Shown here piece by piece: positions 44,864-53,930 of a DNA stretch of 54,488 nt. The stretch lies in the NCBI GenBank assembly GCA_050115935.1, contig JASFPO010000001.1, forward strand, positions 1 through 54,488. Reading direction: 5' to 3'. A program made the position numbers and the translations under genes. The DNA comes from Candidatus Bathyarchaeota archaeon. GTDB lineage: Archaea > Thermoproteota > Bathyarchaeia > Bathyarchaeales > Bathyarchaeaceae. Within the stretch, counting starts at the first letter, position 1; every line of letters starts with the position of its first letter. Under the pieces are notes generated by a model. That model was not told the origin of the DNA and ran no database searches. It worked only from the letters and a program-made list of their open reading frames with translations.

Positions 44864-45427
44864 ATGCAAACAGCCATTTTGCGCATAGGAACAGTAGACG
44901 TGAATATTCTAAAAGAAGTAAAGAACGGTTTATCGGAAATCTATCCAGAAACTGAGTGCCTAATTCTCAATGAAGCTCTGTCGATTCCCACAGACACATA
45001 TAATAGGACACGACAACAATTCCGCTCAACTCGTATTTTGGAGAGGATCAACAAACATGTTACGCGAACTCAAGTCGGTCGTATATTGGGAGTGACTGAA
45101 GTTGACCTCTACGCATCTCAACTCAATTTCGTTTTCGGAGAAGCCATGTGTCCAGGAAAAGCTGCCGTTATATCGGTGCTTCGACTTAAGCCAGAATTCT
45201 ATGGAGACCCAGCGGACTCGGGACTTTTCATTAATCGTTGTATTAAAGAGGCAGTCCACGAGATTGGCCACACATTAGGTTTAAGACATTGTAAGAATCC
45301 CAACTGCGTCATGTTCTTTTCCAACTCCATCTCAGATACTGATCGAAAAAGACAAAGCCTCTGCGACAAATGCTATTCAAAAATAGTAAAACTCTTAGGC
45401 GTCAAATCTCCCGAATCTCACATCTAA
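44864..45427 (+). CDS. amzA: Archaemetzincin
   Basis: HEIGHTLGLRHC...NCVM...C..C, the archaemetzincin zinc sites. Confidence 0.88.
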   Translation: MQTAILRIGTVDVNILKEVKNGLSEIYPETECLILNEALSIPTDTYNRTRQQFRSTRILERINKHVTRTQVGRILGVTEVDLYASQLNFVFGEAMCPGKAAVISVLRLKPEFYGDPADSGLFINRCIKEAVHEIGHTLGLRHCKNPNCVMFFSNSISDTDRKRQSLCDKCYSKIVKLLGVKSPESHI

Positions 45428-45596
45428 GCTTCTTGATGACTTCCTCGGCCTTTGATGGCTCCACTTTCAAAGTGTAGAGCTGTTTGGATGTTCGAAGTTT
45501 AAGCTTCACAACTTCTTCCAATCTCTTTATGGAACAATACTCTGCGCGCTCCGAAATCTGTGCGAATTTCTCAGTGTCAAAGATCTCTGTTGGCAA
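45402..45596 (-). CDS. rpl38e: Ribosomal protein eL38
   Basis: The 64-aa sequence MPTEIFDTEKFAQISERAEYCSIKRLEEVVKLKLRTSKQLYTLKVEPSKAEEVIKKL aligns by eye with eukaryotic L38 (MPRKIEEIKDFLL...[29 protein letters not shown]). Confidence 0.75.
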   Translation of the reverse strand: MPTEIFDTEKFAQISERAEYCSIKRLEEVVKLKLRTSKQLYTLKVEPSKAEEVIKKLRCEIREI

Positions 45597-45841
45597 TGGT
45601 TTCTGCCTCGTTTCAAAGGAAACTGCAGATAACTCTGTTTTATCTGTTTTGGTTAGAGTTGATATAAATACTGAATCGCGCTTTGCCTATATCATTCCGT
45701 TCCTGACAAGGTCAAGAGGGGAATACAATATGTCTTCTAGCCAACTGAAACTGATAGTTACTATGCTTTTGGAATACAGATTCTGATTTCATAACTCTTT
45801 TTGCTCTGGCCAAGTTTAGGAAGCAATAGATGAGGTAGACA

Positions 45842-46309
45842 GTGTCTAAAATGAGAGTTCATTCATTCCTAGTGTTCTGCTTTCTCATTTGCGTGGTCAT
45901 GCTTAGCATTAAGCCAGTTAGCGCTGTTTCGCAGACAATTGTTGTCGAGGCAGAGCATGAAATAGTTGAACCCATTAGTCTGAATGCTGAGGATGAGATT
46001 TCAGGAAGAATAAGTGTTGTCGGCGGAGCAAACGATGACATTGACTTCTACATCACCAGCCCTACTGGAGAAGCTGTTATGCCAAAGGAAAAAGTGAGTG
46101 TCAAAGACTTTCGCTTCACAGCTTCCAGAGGGGGAACCTATGAGCTTCATTTCGACAACTCTTTATCAACTGAACGCAAGACAGTATCCTTCAACTATGA
46201 CGTACGCCATTATATTTTTGGAATTCCTCAAGAAGACTTCCTTGTGTTTCTGGTCATGATCGTTGCAATGATGGGTCTTGTATTGTTTGCAGCATTGTCC
46301 CGACCATAA
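45842..46309 (+). CDS. p24/emp24-type GOLD-like domain membrane protein
   Basis: Signal/anchor MRVHSFLVFCFLICVVMLSIKPVSA. The core GRISVVGGANDDIDFYITSPTGE...FRFTASRGGTYELHFDNSLSTERKTVSFNYDV matches the TMED2-type pattern (GG..DIDvxIT.P...F.F.A...GTY.FCFSN..ST...K.V.F). C-terminal TM helix. Possible start at the ATG at 45851. Confidence 0.6.
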   Translation: MSKMRVHSFLVFCFLICVVMLSIKPVSAVSQTIVVEAEHEIVEPISLNAEDEISGRISVVGGANDDIDFYITSPTGEAVMPKEKVSVKDFRFTASRGGTYELHFDNSLSTERKTVSFNYDVRHYIFGIPQEDFLVFLVMIVAMMGLVLFAALSRP

Positions 46310-46612
46310 ACTATAGTACAAACCTCAGAATCCTTGGGAAAGAAGAAGCTCATATCAAGACCGAGTCAACACCCATTGTCTGTCTAGACTTTGCGCATCA
46401 CGCGCGGGTGACTCAAGGTTTTGTGAGCTTCCTCTTTCACGGATGGCGTGGCCAGAAAAACCTTGAACCAATAGTAGGATCGTTATTGACAGGGACATAA
46501 AACTTCTGGTGCCCCTACACCTTTGATTTGTCCTCGTTTCATGTCAGAACCTTATTTGTGCTTTTTCTCCAAAGACGTGTCCTATATGAATGAGCAGGTG
46601 GTTGGAAGCATG

Positions 46613-47263
46613 TTAGGTTTTCTCGCTAGTCACAATCACTTGGCTTTGTTGGTAACTGTTTATTGTCTTCTCACGCGTTTCAAGGTCAATGATTCTGAAG
46701 TTTTCAAGTAACTCCTGCAATTCTCGTTCGTCAACGAAGTGGTGAAGAACTCCCTCTTCGGCGCCATTCTCCTGTAGAAACGTGTTTGCTTCAACCCGTA
46801 TCCCTTTCCCATGTTTGCTACTTCTTATTGAGTGGAAATCTACGAGGAATAATCCGTTTGTCTTTAGCACTCTATTGACCTCTGAAATGGTCATTTGAAT
46901 TCCATTCAGTTTTTGATGATAAATAGCCTTCATGCAGATTACTGCGTCAAAACATGAGTTGACGAAGGGTGTTGATTTCATGTCACATTTTACGATTTCT
47001 GCTTCCAGTTTTCGGCTGCTGAGTCTCTTGTTGGTTAGTTTCAAGCCTGTTTCTGAGATGTCAGCTCCACATGTTTGGAATCCCTGCTTTGCAAGATATA
47101 TAACATGTCTTCCAGCTCCACATCCCAAGTCCAAGATCCTCCTTGTTTCTCTTCTTTCCAAGATGGCGGCAAAATCAACAACTATTTCGTCGGGGTTTTC
47201 GGGAGTGTAATCCTTTCTCTGCAGTATTTGATTCCATTGAGCCATCAATTCTTGTCCTCGCAT
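46613..47263 (-). CDS. Class I SAM-dependent methyltransferase
   Basis: ILDLGCGAGRHVIYLA motif I and DAVICMKAIYH. Confidence 0.8.
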   Translation of the reverse strand: MRGQELMAQWNQILQRKDYTPENPDEIVVDFAAILERRETRRILDLGCGAGRHVIYLAKQGFQTCGADISETGLKLTNKRLSSRKLEAEIVKCDMKSTPFVNSCFDAVICMKAIYHQKLNGIQMTISEVNRVLKTNGLFLVDFHSIRSSKHGKGIRVEANTFLQENGAEEGVLHHFVDERELQELLENFRIIDLETREKTINSYQQSQVIVTSEKT

Positions 47264-47399
47264 TAGTAGAGGAGTGCATGCATGTACTTAGCCTTTGATA
47301 GAGCTTTCTCGATTGTATCGAATAATCTTAAATATCCACGCACACTCATGATTAAAAACTCAGGCTGGGAAACACGTCCCAACTGGTTAGTGGTGGAGC

Positions 47400-47867
47400 A
47401 TGAGAAACGGAACAATCGAAAAAGCCTCATCTTATTTCAGAAACGGGTACAACTGTGCTGAAAGCACTCTTTTGGCGATTGCCGAGGACGTTTTAGGGAT
47501 AGAAAGTGATCTCATTCCAAAGATTGCCACAGGTTTTGGCGGTGGCATTTCGAGACTAGGATATACCTGTGGAGCCGTAAGCGGTGTTGTCATGGGTTTT
47601 GGTTTGAAGTATGGTAGGAAAGATCCAGAAGAGCTCAGAGCAAGAACATACAAGCGAGTGGCAGAGTTTCATAAGCGTTTTCGAAGCAGATTTGGAAGTA
47701 TTATTTGTAAAGAGCTGTCTGGATGTGATCTTTCCACCATTGAAGGTGTACGGAAATTCAGAGAGGAGAACGTACATGAACAGAAATGCAGCTACTTCGT
47801 TAATGGTGCCATAGAGATTTTCATGAACCTGATCAATGACAAAACAGAAGACCCTGAAGCAACCTAG
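47400..47867 (+). CDS. C_GCAxxG_C_C family redox protein
   Basis: GYNCAESTLLAI, GYTCGAVSG, ICKELSGCD, KCSYFV, the family-defining cysteines. Confidence 0.8.
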   Translation: MRNGTIEKASSYFRNGYNCAESTLLAIAEDVLGIESDLIPKIATGFGGGISRLGYTCGAVSGVVMGFGLKYGRKDPEELRARTYKRVAEFHKRFRSRFGSIICKELSGCDLSTIEGVRKFREENVHEQKCSYFVNGAIEIFMNLINDKTEDPEAT

Positions 47868-47906
47868 TTTGCGCAAACCACACAGCAAATGCCATATAGA
47901 GCGAAC

Positions 47907-47984
47907 TGGTGGGCCGGGCCGGATTTGAACCGGCGACCTTCTGCACGTCAAGCAGATGTCCTAACCGTGCTAGACTACCGGCCC
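47907..47984 (-). tRNA. tRNA-Val (GAC), CCA encoded
   Basis: Manual cloverleaf: GGGCCGG/TA/GTCT-AGCACGGTTA-GGAC/A/TCTGC-TTGACGT-GCAGA/AGGTC/GCCGG-TTCAAAT-CCGGC/CCGGCCC/A-CCA. Confidence 0.93.
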
Positions 47985-48076
47985 TGATTGTTCAGAAAAT
48001 TTACAGGTATGTTTTGCTTATTAAGTTTACATTCTGCTTTCGGTAGTTGTTTATCAAAAAAAGGATGTTGGGTGAG

Positions 48077-49441
48077 TTATTTTGTGATGACGTTTAGCTC
48101 GCTGATGACCACTTTTGGTGTAATGAATGTTCCTACTTGACGTGTCTCTTTGCCTAGGGCGGAAATCTTCGTCAGCATGTCGTAGACGTTTCCTGCGATC
48201 ATTACTCCTTTGACTGCGTGGGTGATCTTGCCTTTCTGTATTCTCCACGCTGGGGCGAGTGCCACTGAGAATTCTCCGGTTTCTGGATTTGACTGGTGGG
48301 CGCCTTGAACTCCTCGCACGTAGTATCCGTCTTTCGCCTGTTCTAGCAGTTCTTCTTCCGTTAAAGTACCAGCCTCGAATTTTATGTTTGTTCGGTTAAT
48401 GTTTGGGACAGTACCATACGGCGGAAGATTTAAGCCGCCGCCACCTCTACTTGCGTTTCCAGTGCTTCTTTTGCCTTCAACTCTAGCCCAATAGTTGTTG
48501 TATAGAAAACCGCGTAGAATTCCTTTATCTATTATCGGTGTTTTCTGTCTTGGCACGCCCTCCAGATCCATCTTTCCGGACTGCAAGCCTCCGGTCAGCG
48601 TTCCATCGTCATATATTGTGACGTTTTCCCCTGCAACTTCTTTGCCGATTTTATCTTTGAAGATGCTTTTTCCTCGAGCAACATTGTCGCCTTTAACCGA
48701 CTGAATCAACGTGTAGGTTAAGATTGCCTGCAGGGCGAATGGGTCAAGCAATATTGGGAACTTCCCAGCCTCTGCTTTTCCAACGTTAATTGCGTCTACT
48801 GCTAACCTTGCTGCTTCTTCAGCGACCCATTTCGGGTCGGTTTCAAATTTGCGCGAAGCTTTGAACTCAAAGCAAACTGGTGAAACCACTGTCTTCGAAC
48901 GTGCCATTGTACCGAGCGCGCAAACAAGAACCGTTCCCTTGTCTGACACACTTATGCCATGACTGTTGAGGCATATGTTCTCTGAAATATTGACTTCAGC
49001 GCCTCCGAACGCTGGTAGAACTCTTTTGTCAACGCTGTGTGCCGTGTTCATCATTGTTTGACACAGAACCACGGCTTCATCCGAAGTGAATTTCGTTATC
49101 TTCTTGTCGTAAACATCTTTGACAGTTGGATACTCGTGTTTTTCCGGAAGTCGGTTCCAGTTCTCATCTTTTGGGCTTGCTTTGCTGGCTTTAACTGCTC
49201 GCTCGGCGGTCTTCTCTGCTTCTTTCTGATTGAGTATGTTTGTAAAGGCGAATCCAATCTTTTTGTTGGTGATTGTTCGAACTCCGAGTCCACTGTCCGT
49301 TACGTCACTGCATGTTTTGATCTCTGCCCTTTCGATTTCTACGCTTATTCCGCGCCTGGCAAGAATTAATGCTTCAGCCTCTTTGGCCCCTAGTTTTTCT
49401 GCGGATTTCAGGACTGTTTCACAAAGTTCCATGTAGCTCAT
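48077..49441 (-). CDS. pmbA: PmbA/TldE-family metalloprotease subunit
   Basis: 454 aa. TldD/PmbA fold pattern (GLGVRTI, C-terminal GxxxxG-rich beta domain). It lacks HExxxH. Adjacent to tldD. Confidence 0.85.
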   Translation of the reverse strand: MSYMELCETVLKSAEKLGAKEAEALILARRGISVEIERAEIKTCSDVTDSGLGVRTITNKKIGFAFTNILNQKEAEKTAERAVKASKASPKDENWNRLPEKHEYPTVKDVYDKKITKFTSDEAVVLCQTMMNTAHSVDKRVLPAFGGAEVNISENICLNSHGISVSDKGTVLVCALGTMARSKTVVSPVCFEFKASRKFETDPKWVAEEAARLAVDAINVGKAEAGKFPILLDPFALQAILTYTLIQSVKGDNVARGKSIFKDKIGKEVAGENVTIYDDGTLTGGLQSGKMDLEGVPRQKTPIIDKGILRGFLYNNYWARVEGKRSTGNASRGGGGLNLPPYGTVPNINRTNIKFEAGTLTEEELLEQAKDGYYVRGVQGAHQSNPETGEFSVALAPAWRIQKGKITHAVKGVMIAGNVYDMLTKISALGKETRQVGTFITPKVVISELNVITK

Positions 49442-50818
49442 TTAGGCACCTCCTATGAGTATGCTCTGTACTCGCACGTGTGGTCCACCGGAGGACTCGA
49501 ACATTAGCTGTCCTTTTCCGCAACGCCCCATATGTAAACCAAAGTCTTTTCCGCAGGCGTCAACATGCTCTAAAGTTTCAAGAGTGTTCCCAGAAATGCC
49601 GATGTTTCGAACTGGTTTGCCAAGTTCTCCTTTAACAATTTCGAATGCGCTTTGAACGCCTACCGTGAATGTGCCATCTAGGTTTGCTTGTCCGCCCCTA
49701 AAGGCTTCTAGGTAGTAGCCGAATTTCATGTCTTCCATAAGCTCTTCAAAGGTGTGGTCGCCTTGTTCAAAGCATGTGTTTCGCATTCTTATTAATGGTG
49801 GAAAACGAAAGTCTTGGGCACGAGCGTTTCCAGTTGGTTTCGCATTCATTTTGGCTGCGGTTTCGCGGTTGTGCATTAATCCGACAAGTACGCCGTCTTT
49901 GATTAGAACCGTTTTCTGTCCACGAACGCCTTCGTCGTCATATTTGATGGCCCCGAATCCTTCGGGCATTAATGCTGAATCATAAATTGTAACTTTCTCA
50001 CTTGCGATCTTTTGGCCGAGCTTACCCATGAGGGCGCTTCCAGCAAGTGTCAAATCAGCTTCACAGATATGTCCGAGAGCTTCATGGGCAAACACGCCGA
50101 CTATGTTTGTCCCTATGATCGCTGGGGATGATCCGCCTTTTGCAGTTTTTGCTTCCAGTTGTTGCACGACTTTTCTGCTTACTCTTTCAGCAATCTGTTC
50201 TGGGGGTTCTTCTGTGTAGAGCTCGTAGCCGTGAGCCCCGATTTCGTCTCTAGCGCTCGCCATGACATCCTTGCTTTTGCCGGTTACCCAACAATAGTTC
50301 CAGACAATGCTCTTGAGTTGTTCGAGGTAGGTTCCATCAGTCGTGCCTAAAGTTTGTTGGGTAGCCAGATCGGCGTAGTTCACAGTAACGCTCCTGATGC
50401 GCTTGTCGAAATCAAAGCAGGAATTATTGACGTTTAAAAGATTCTTGATTTTTGTGGAAATGTCGACTTTTTTCGGGTCTTTCTTGAATTTTACACCAAC
50501 TTTGTCTTTCACAGCCTTGACGGGCGCCAATTTGACTGGTTCACGAACACTTTGGCTAGCTGTTTTAGCCATTTTCAAGGCGGATTTGGCGGCTTTCTCA
50601 AGATCATGTTTTGTTAGGGAGTTCGTTGTGGAAAAACCCCAAGCGCCTTTTGCAAGAACGCGTATGGCTGCTCCTTTCTCGGTGGATAGTGTGACCGCTT
50701 CAACTTGTCCATCTCTTAGGGTTATGAAGGTGTTGCCGTTTTCTTGTGCTCGGATCTCAGCGTAAGATGCATCTAGACTTGAGAGTTTATCTAAAACTGT
50801 AGTAAGTATGTCTTCCAT
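49442..50818 (-). CDS. tldD: TldD-family metalloprotease
   Basis: HEALGHICEAD zinc motif, GAAIRVL, and a C-terminal TldD/PmbA domain. Confidence 0.88.
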   Translation of the reverse strand: MEDILTTVLDKLSSLDASYAEIRAQENGNTFITLRDGQVEAVTLSTEKGAAIRVLAKGAWGFSTTNSLTKHDLEKAAKSALKMAKTASQSVREPVKLAPVKAVKDKVGVKFKKDPKKVDISTKIKNLLNVNNSCFDFDKRIRSVTVNYADLATQQTLGTTDGTYLEQLKSIVWNYCWVTGKSKDVMASARDEIGAHGYELYTEEPPEQIAERVSRKVVQQLEAKTAKGGSSPAIIGTNIVGVFAHEALGHICEADLTLAGSALMGKLGQKIASEKVTIYDSALMPEGFGAIKYDDEGVRGQKTVLIKDGVLVGLMHNRETAAKMNAKPTGNARAQDFRFPPLIRMRNTCFEQGDHTFEELMEDMKFGYYLEAFRGGQANLDGTFTVGVQSAFEIVKGELGKPVRNIGISGNTLETLEHVDACGKDFGLHMGRCGKGQLMFESSGGPHVRVQSILIGGA

Positions 50819-50922
50819 GCTGGTTCAACCTTTCTGGATTTTGTGAACAACTCAGTTGATGCCCATTTAAACCTTGCCCAGTTGCACAATGCTTAATAGT
50901 TTTCCTGTATCGTTGGAGAGTT

Positions 50923-50997
50923 GGGCGGGTAGATCAGCTTGGTATGATCGCGGCGTTGGCATCGCCGAGGTCGCGGGTTCAAATCCCGCTCCGTCCA
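50923..50997 (+). tRNA. tRNA-Ala (GGC)
   Basis: Manual cloverleaf: GGGCGGG/TA/GATC-AGCTTGGTAT-GATC/G/CGGCG-TTGGCAT-CGCCG/AGGTC/GCGGG-TTCAAAT-CCCGC/TCCGTCC/A. It has the G3:U70 alanine identity pair. No encoded CCA. Confidence 0.93.
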
Positions 50998-51111
50998 CTA
51001 TTGTTCCACAATATTTTGTACTTGATTAACCAATCCTTCGTATGTTAACACCCGACCAGAAGGTGGCTATAAGCGCTTTATCTCTCTTTCAGACTATTCT
51101 CGCGCACGCGT

Positions 51112-51786
51112 TCAGTTCCTCTTCTCCATTGCACCCAGCAATTCGTTTAATTCGCGGTCCGTCAATATTGTTGTGTCTCTCTTCACTTTGGCTCTCCTAC
51201 CAACAGCCTTTCTCACAACTTTGAGTGCTTCTCTAAGCTTTGTGCGATCAATCTTCCCGTTCTTATCTGATCTTTTCAGAATCCAATTTAGTATCCTTTC
51301 CCAATCATCCCAAAGTCTCGGGTTACCGGCAAATACCATATAAACATCTTCCCAGTTGCTCCAAGTGCCCATTCTCGCAAGAGTATCTTGCGAAAGCTGT
51401 CCCAATCGGTAAGTATTCAGAAAGAAATTCCGTTTACCAACACATCTTTCCTCAGAGACCGGCATTTTTCGAGGTGCCAGTTTGGGCGCATAATCATACA
51501 ATGCTCTCCATATGTTTTCGCGGTCCGGATCGCATTTTGACAAGAGGGGTAAATCGTCTAACACCTGGAGACATTCCCCCAGAAGGTGATATTTCAATAA
51601 TCCTGGCTTCATCCTGAAATATCCTTGCTTTCGTAGCATTCTCTTCAGCTTCCTCATCTTCCTAGCCAATAGGACATCGAATTCTTCTGCTAACTGGCGT
51701 GCCTTTTTGGTTAAGGGCCATCCGCTCGGGGTAACATATTCCTTCTCCCCTTCAGAAGTTTTCCATATAATGGCCGATCCGACCAC
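51112..51786 (-). CDS. Hypothetical Trp-rich protein, last gene of the tRNA-Ala-adjacent operon
   Basis: 224-aa ORF with no motif I recognise. GTG start directly after GGAGG, so the true start is uncertain. 8 nt downstream of the GHKL gene. Confidence 0.55.
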   Translation of the reverse strand: MVGSAIIWKTSEGEKEYVTPSGWPLTKKARQLAEEFDVLLARKMRKLKRMLRKQGYFRMKPGLLKYHLLGECLQVLDDLPLLSKCDPDRENIWRALYDYAPKLAPRKMPVSEERCVGKRNFFLNTYRLGQLSQDTLARMGTWSNWEDVYMVFAGNPRLWDDWERILNWILKRSDKNGKIDRTKLREALKVVRKAVGRRAKVKRDTTILTDRELNELLGAMEKRN

Positions 51787-51794
51787 CCTCCTCT

Positions 51795-53930
51795 CTAAAG
51801 AACTTCATATCGAATTCTTTGTGCAATACGACTTGTTTGATCAATAGCCTCAACAAAGAAAGCTTTCTGGTCGTCCGCACGTTGCATCACGAATCTGCTC
51901 TTGTTCTCCTTTACTAGTTTTGCCTCTTTCCTTACATCATATTGAGCGATGGCCTCTGCTCCAATACATATTTCATAATCTAGTAAAGGCCTGTGCAGTC
52001 TATGGTGTTTGTACAATTTCTTCTCTGCAAGTAAGTCGTCTAGTTCTTCATTGTGCTTATATGCTGGATGAAGAATGTTTATCTGGATTCGCATCTTATC
52101 ATCCTTCTCTTTCACTCTGAACTGCAATTTCTTTTCCTCTTCGAATTTTATCCTATCGATAAATTCGAGAAGACCTTTCCCAGTTGGTGGATTTTCTTCC
52201 AAGTAGATGAGTTCGCGTTCTTGGTCGACAATTACAGCCTTTCCAAACTTATCATTTAGAATGTCTCCTTCCAAGAGAGAAATTTCCGCTTCTAGGGCAT
52301 AAGTCCCAGCATCGAACCTTTTCGAGTCAAAAGTCACTGCATATGGACCAAACGTAGTGCTCTCGCTTTTTGCAGGAACAACTATAGTCTGGCCAGCAAC
52401 AAATTCTTTCAATATTCTCTCCTGAACTCTCCTTGACGCCGTCTTTAGCACTAGTGATAATTTCACCTTTCTTGAAGATTCAGATGCATTTACCACTGAA
52501 ATCTTAATATTCTGAACACGGTCTCCAAATTCGACCTTGCGAGTTTCTTCCATTGGAAATGAAGGCTTGGGCATTTTGATTCTGATCTTCTTTCGTGGGC
52601 GTGGACCAATCCCAGGGCCAGGGCCAGGTGAAACTGTGCCTAGGGTAAATCCAAGCTTGTGCTTATTCACAAACCTGTTTAGCTTGTTTGCAGCTATGAT
52701 ATCCAACCGATCAGATTTCCTGACATCTGCCCCTAATCCTAACTTCTGTTCAGCGAATTTTCGAACCTCTTGTGTCAGCCATCCGTTCTTACCAAAAACA
52801 TGATAGCCAAACGTTCCAAGATATGCGCCGAAGTCGTAGTGTGTGGGGTCTTCTATCTCTCTCAGCTCTTTCTCAGCTTCCTCATTGAACGTAATCCAAC
52901 CATAAATATTCTCAGCAACCTCAGTCTTAATTAGAGGATTTCCGGCTTTTATATCAAAATTGCATATCTTCATTCCGCCTCTCTGAATAGCGATTCCTCG
53001 AAACTCTTCTGGAATCGCTTTCGCGGAGTAGATGATCGCTAACTCTTTGACTTTTGCTTTGGAGTTTTGGACCCAATCCAAGCTGGCATCTCTGACAAGC
53101 CAGATCTCTCTGACCTGATTTTTGAGAGAGGCATCGCCGTAGTAAACTGGGGATTGCACTTTGAGTGTATTCCCACGCCACTTTATCAGGATTTCGGCCT
53201 CATCTTTTAGCAGTTCCCACCATGTCTCAGCTATGTATAATGCCATTGGGCATTTGAGAATTGGCAAGAATCCTTCCCAGAGTTCCTTCTTGGGATTTAC
53301 AATGATTATTCTTGTACCTACTTCTCTTAATGGGGTGAGATTTGGAAAGGTCTTCTTCAACAAGGTCTCGGCTTCTGCGCCTTCGGGTGGGTCCTGCAAC
53401 AACTGATTCTCTCCAAGCCAAGCGCCCAATCGGTATACCCCGTCCTCCCGAAGAGTATCATAGAAGATCCTCTTGTCATTTGAGGCTCCTATAAACACCC
53501 ATTTACCCTGCCCTCTTGATCCTCTCCCAACTGGATCTATGTTTGGATAGGAAAGGGCTTCAAACTTCGCCCATCGCTCTCTTTGATATTGGACCAGCTT
53601 CTCTCTTTGCAGTCTGTCAAGCTCCTCCTTGGAAATAAGTGCCTTTCCGGTTAATCCGCAGGTTCCGTGATCTGTCACGGTTATATATCGAGGAGGTAAT
53701 CTATCGTCCATTTCGAAGATTACAGACCATCTATCTTCGCTAGCAGATTCTATAGCATCGGCACTGTTCTGAATAGCCTCCTTTTGGACTGGATGCGCAA
53801 TCCAGCTAAGTTCCTTCGCTATTGGCACGTTTCTCTCTATCTTGTTCTTGTAGGTCGCGATTTGCGAGTTTGTCCATCTGTTGAAGTCAGCGAGTGGTGC
53901 TCGACCAGCCTGAACACTATGCAACGTCAA
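51795..53930 (-). CDS. GHKL-type (Bergerat fold) ATPase-like protein with a Pro/Gly linker, a beta-sandwich-like middle and a helical C-terminus
   Basis: EAIQNSADA (ExxxNxxDA N-box), VTDHGTCGLTG (DxGxG-like), GRGSRGQGKW (Gly-rich lid). PGPGPGIGPRPRKK linker. TTG start overlapping the upstream stop by 14 nt. Confidence 0.6.
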   Translation of the reverse strand: MTLHSVQAGRAPLADFNRWTNSQIATYKNKIERNVPIAKELSWIAHPVQKEAIQNSADAIESASEDRWSVIFEMDDRLPPRYITVTDHGTCGLTGKALISKEELDRLQREKLVQYQRERWAKFEALSYPNIDPVGRGSRGQGKWVFIGASNDKRIFYDTLREDGVYRLGAWLGENQLLQDPPEGAEAETLLKKTFPNLTPLREVGTRIIIVNPKKELWEGFLPILKCPMALYIAETWWELLKDEAEILIKWRGNTLKVQSPVYYGDASLKNQVREIWLVRDASLDWVQNSKAKVKELAIIYSAKAIPEEFRGIAIQRGGMKICNFDIKAGNPLIKTEVAENIYGWITFNEEAEKELREIEDPTHYDFGAYLGTFGYHVFGKNGWLTQEVRKFAEQKLGLGADVRKSDRLDIIAANKLNRFVNKHKLGFTLGTVSPGPGPGIGPRPRKKIRIKMPKPSFPMEETRKVEFGDRVQNIKISVVNASESSRKVKLSLVLKTASRRVQERILKEFVAGQTIVVPAKSESTTFGPYAVTFDSKRFDAGTYALEAEISLLEGDILNDKFGKAVIVDQERELIYLEENPPTGKGLLEFIDRIKFEEEKKLQFRVKEKDDKMRIQINILHPAYKHNEELDDLLAEKKLYKHHRLHRPLLDYEICIGAEAIAQYDVRKEAKLVKENKSRFVMQRADDQKAFFVEAIDQTSRIAQRIRYEVL

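Noticed and set aside
47556-47951. A 131-aa minus-strand ORF spanning the tRNA-Val gene and the C_GCAxxG_C_C gene.
   Set aside because: It overlaps a well-supported tRNA and is antisense to a motif-supported CDS. Spurious.
50998-51111. Searched downstream of tRNA-Ala for an integrase gene or a duplicated tRNA 3' half (att site).
   Set aside because: Neither is visible within the window, so mobile-island status stays unproven and is reported only as a hypothesis.
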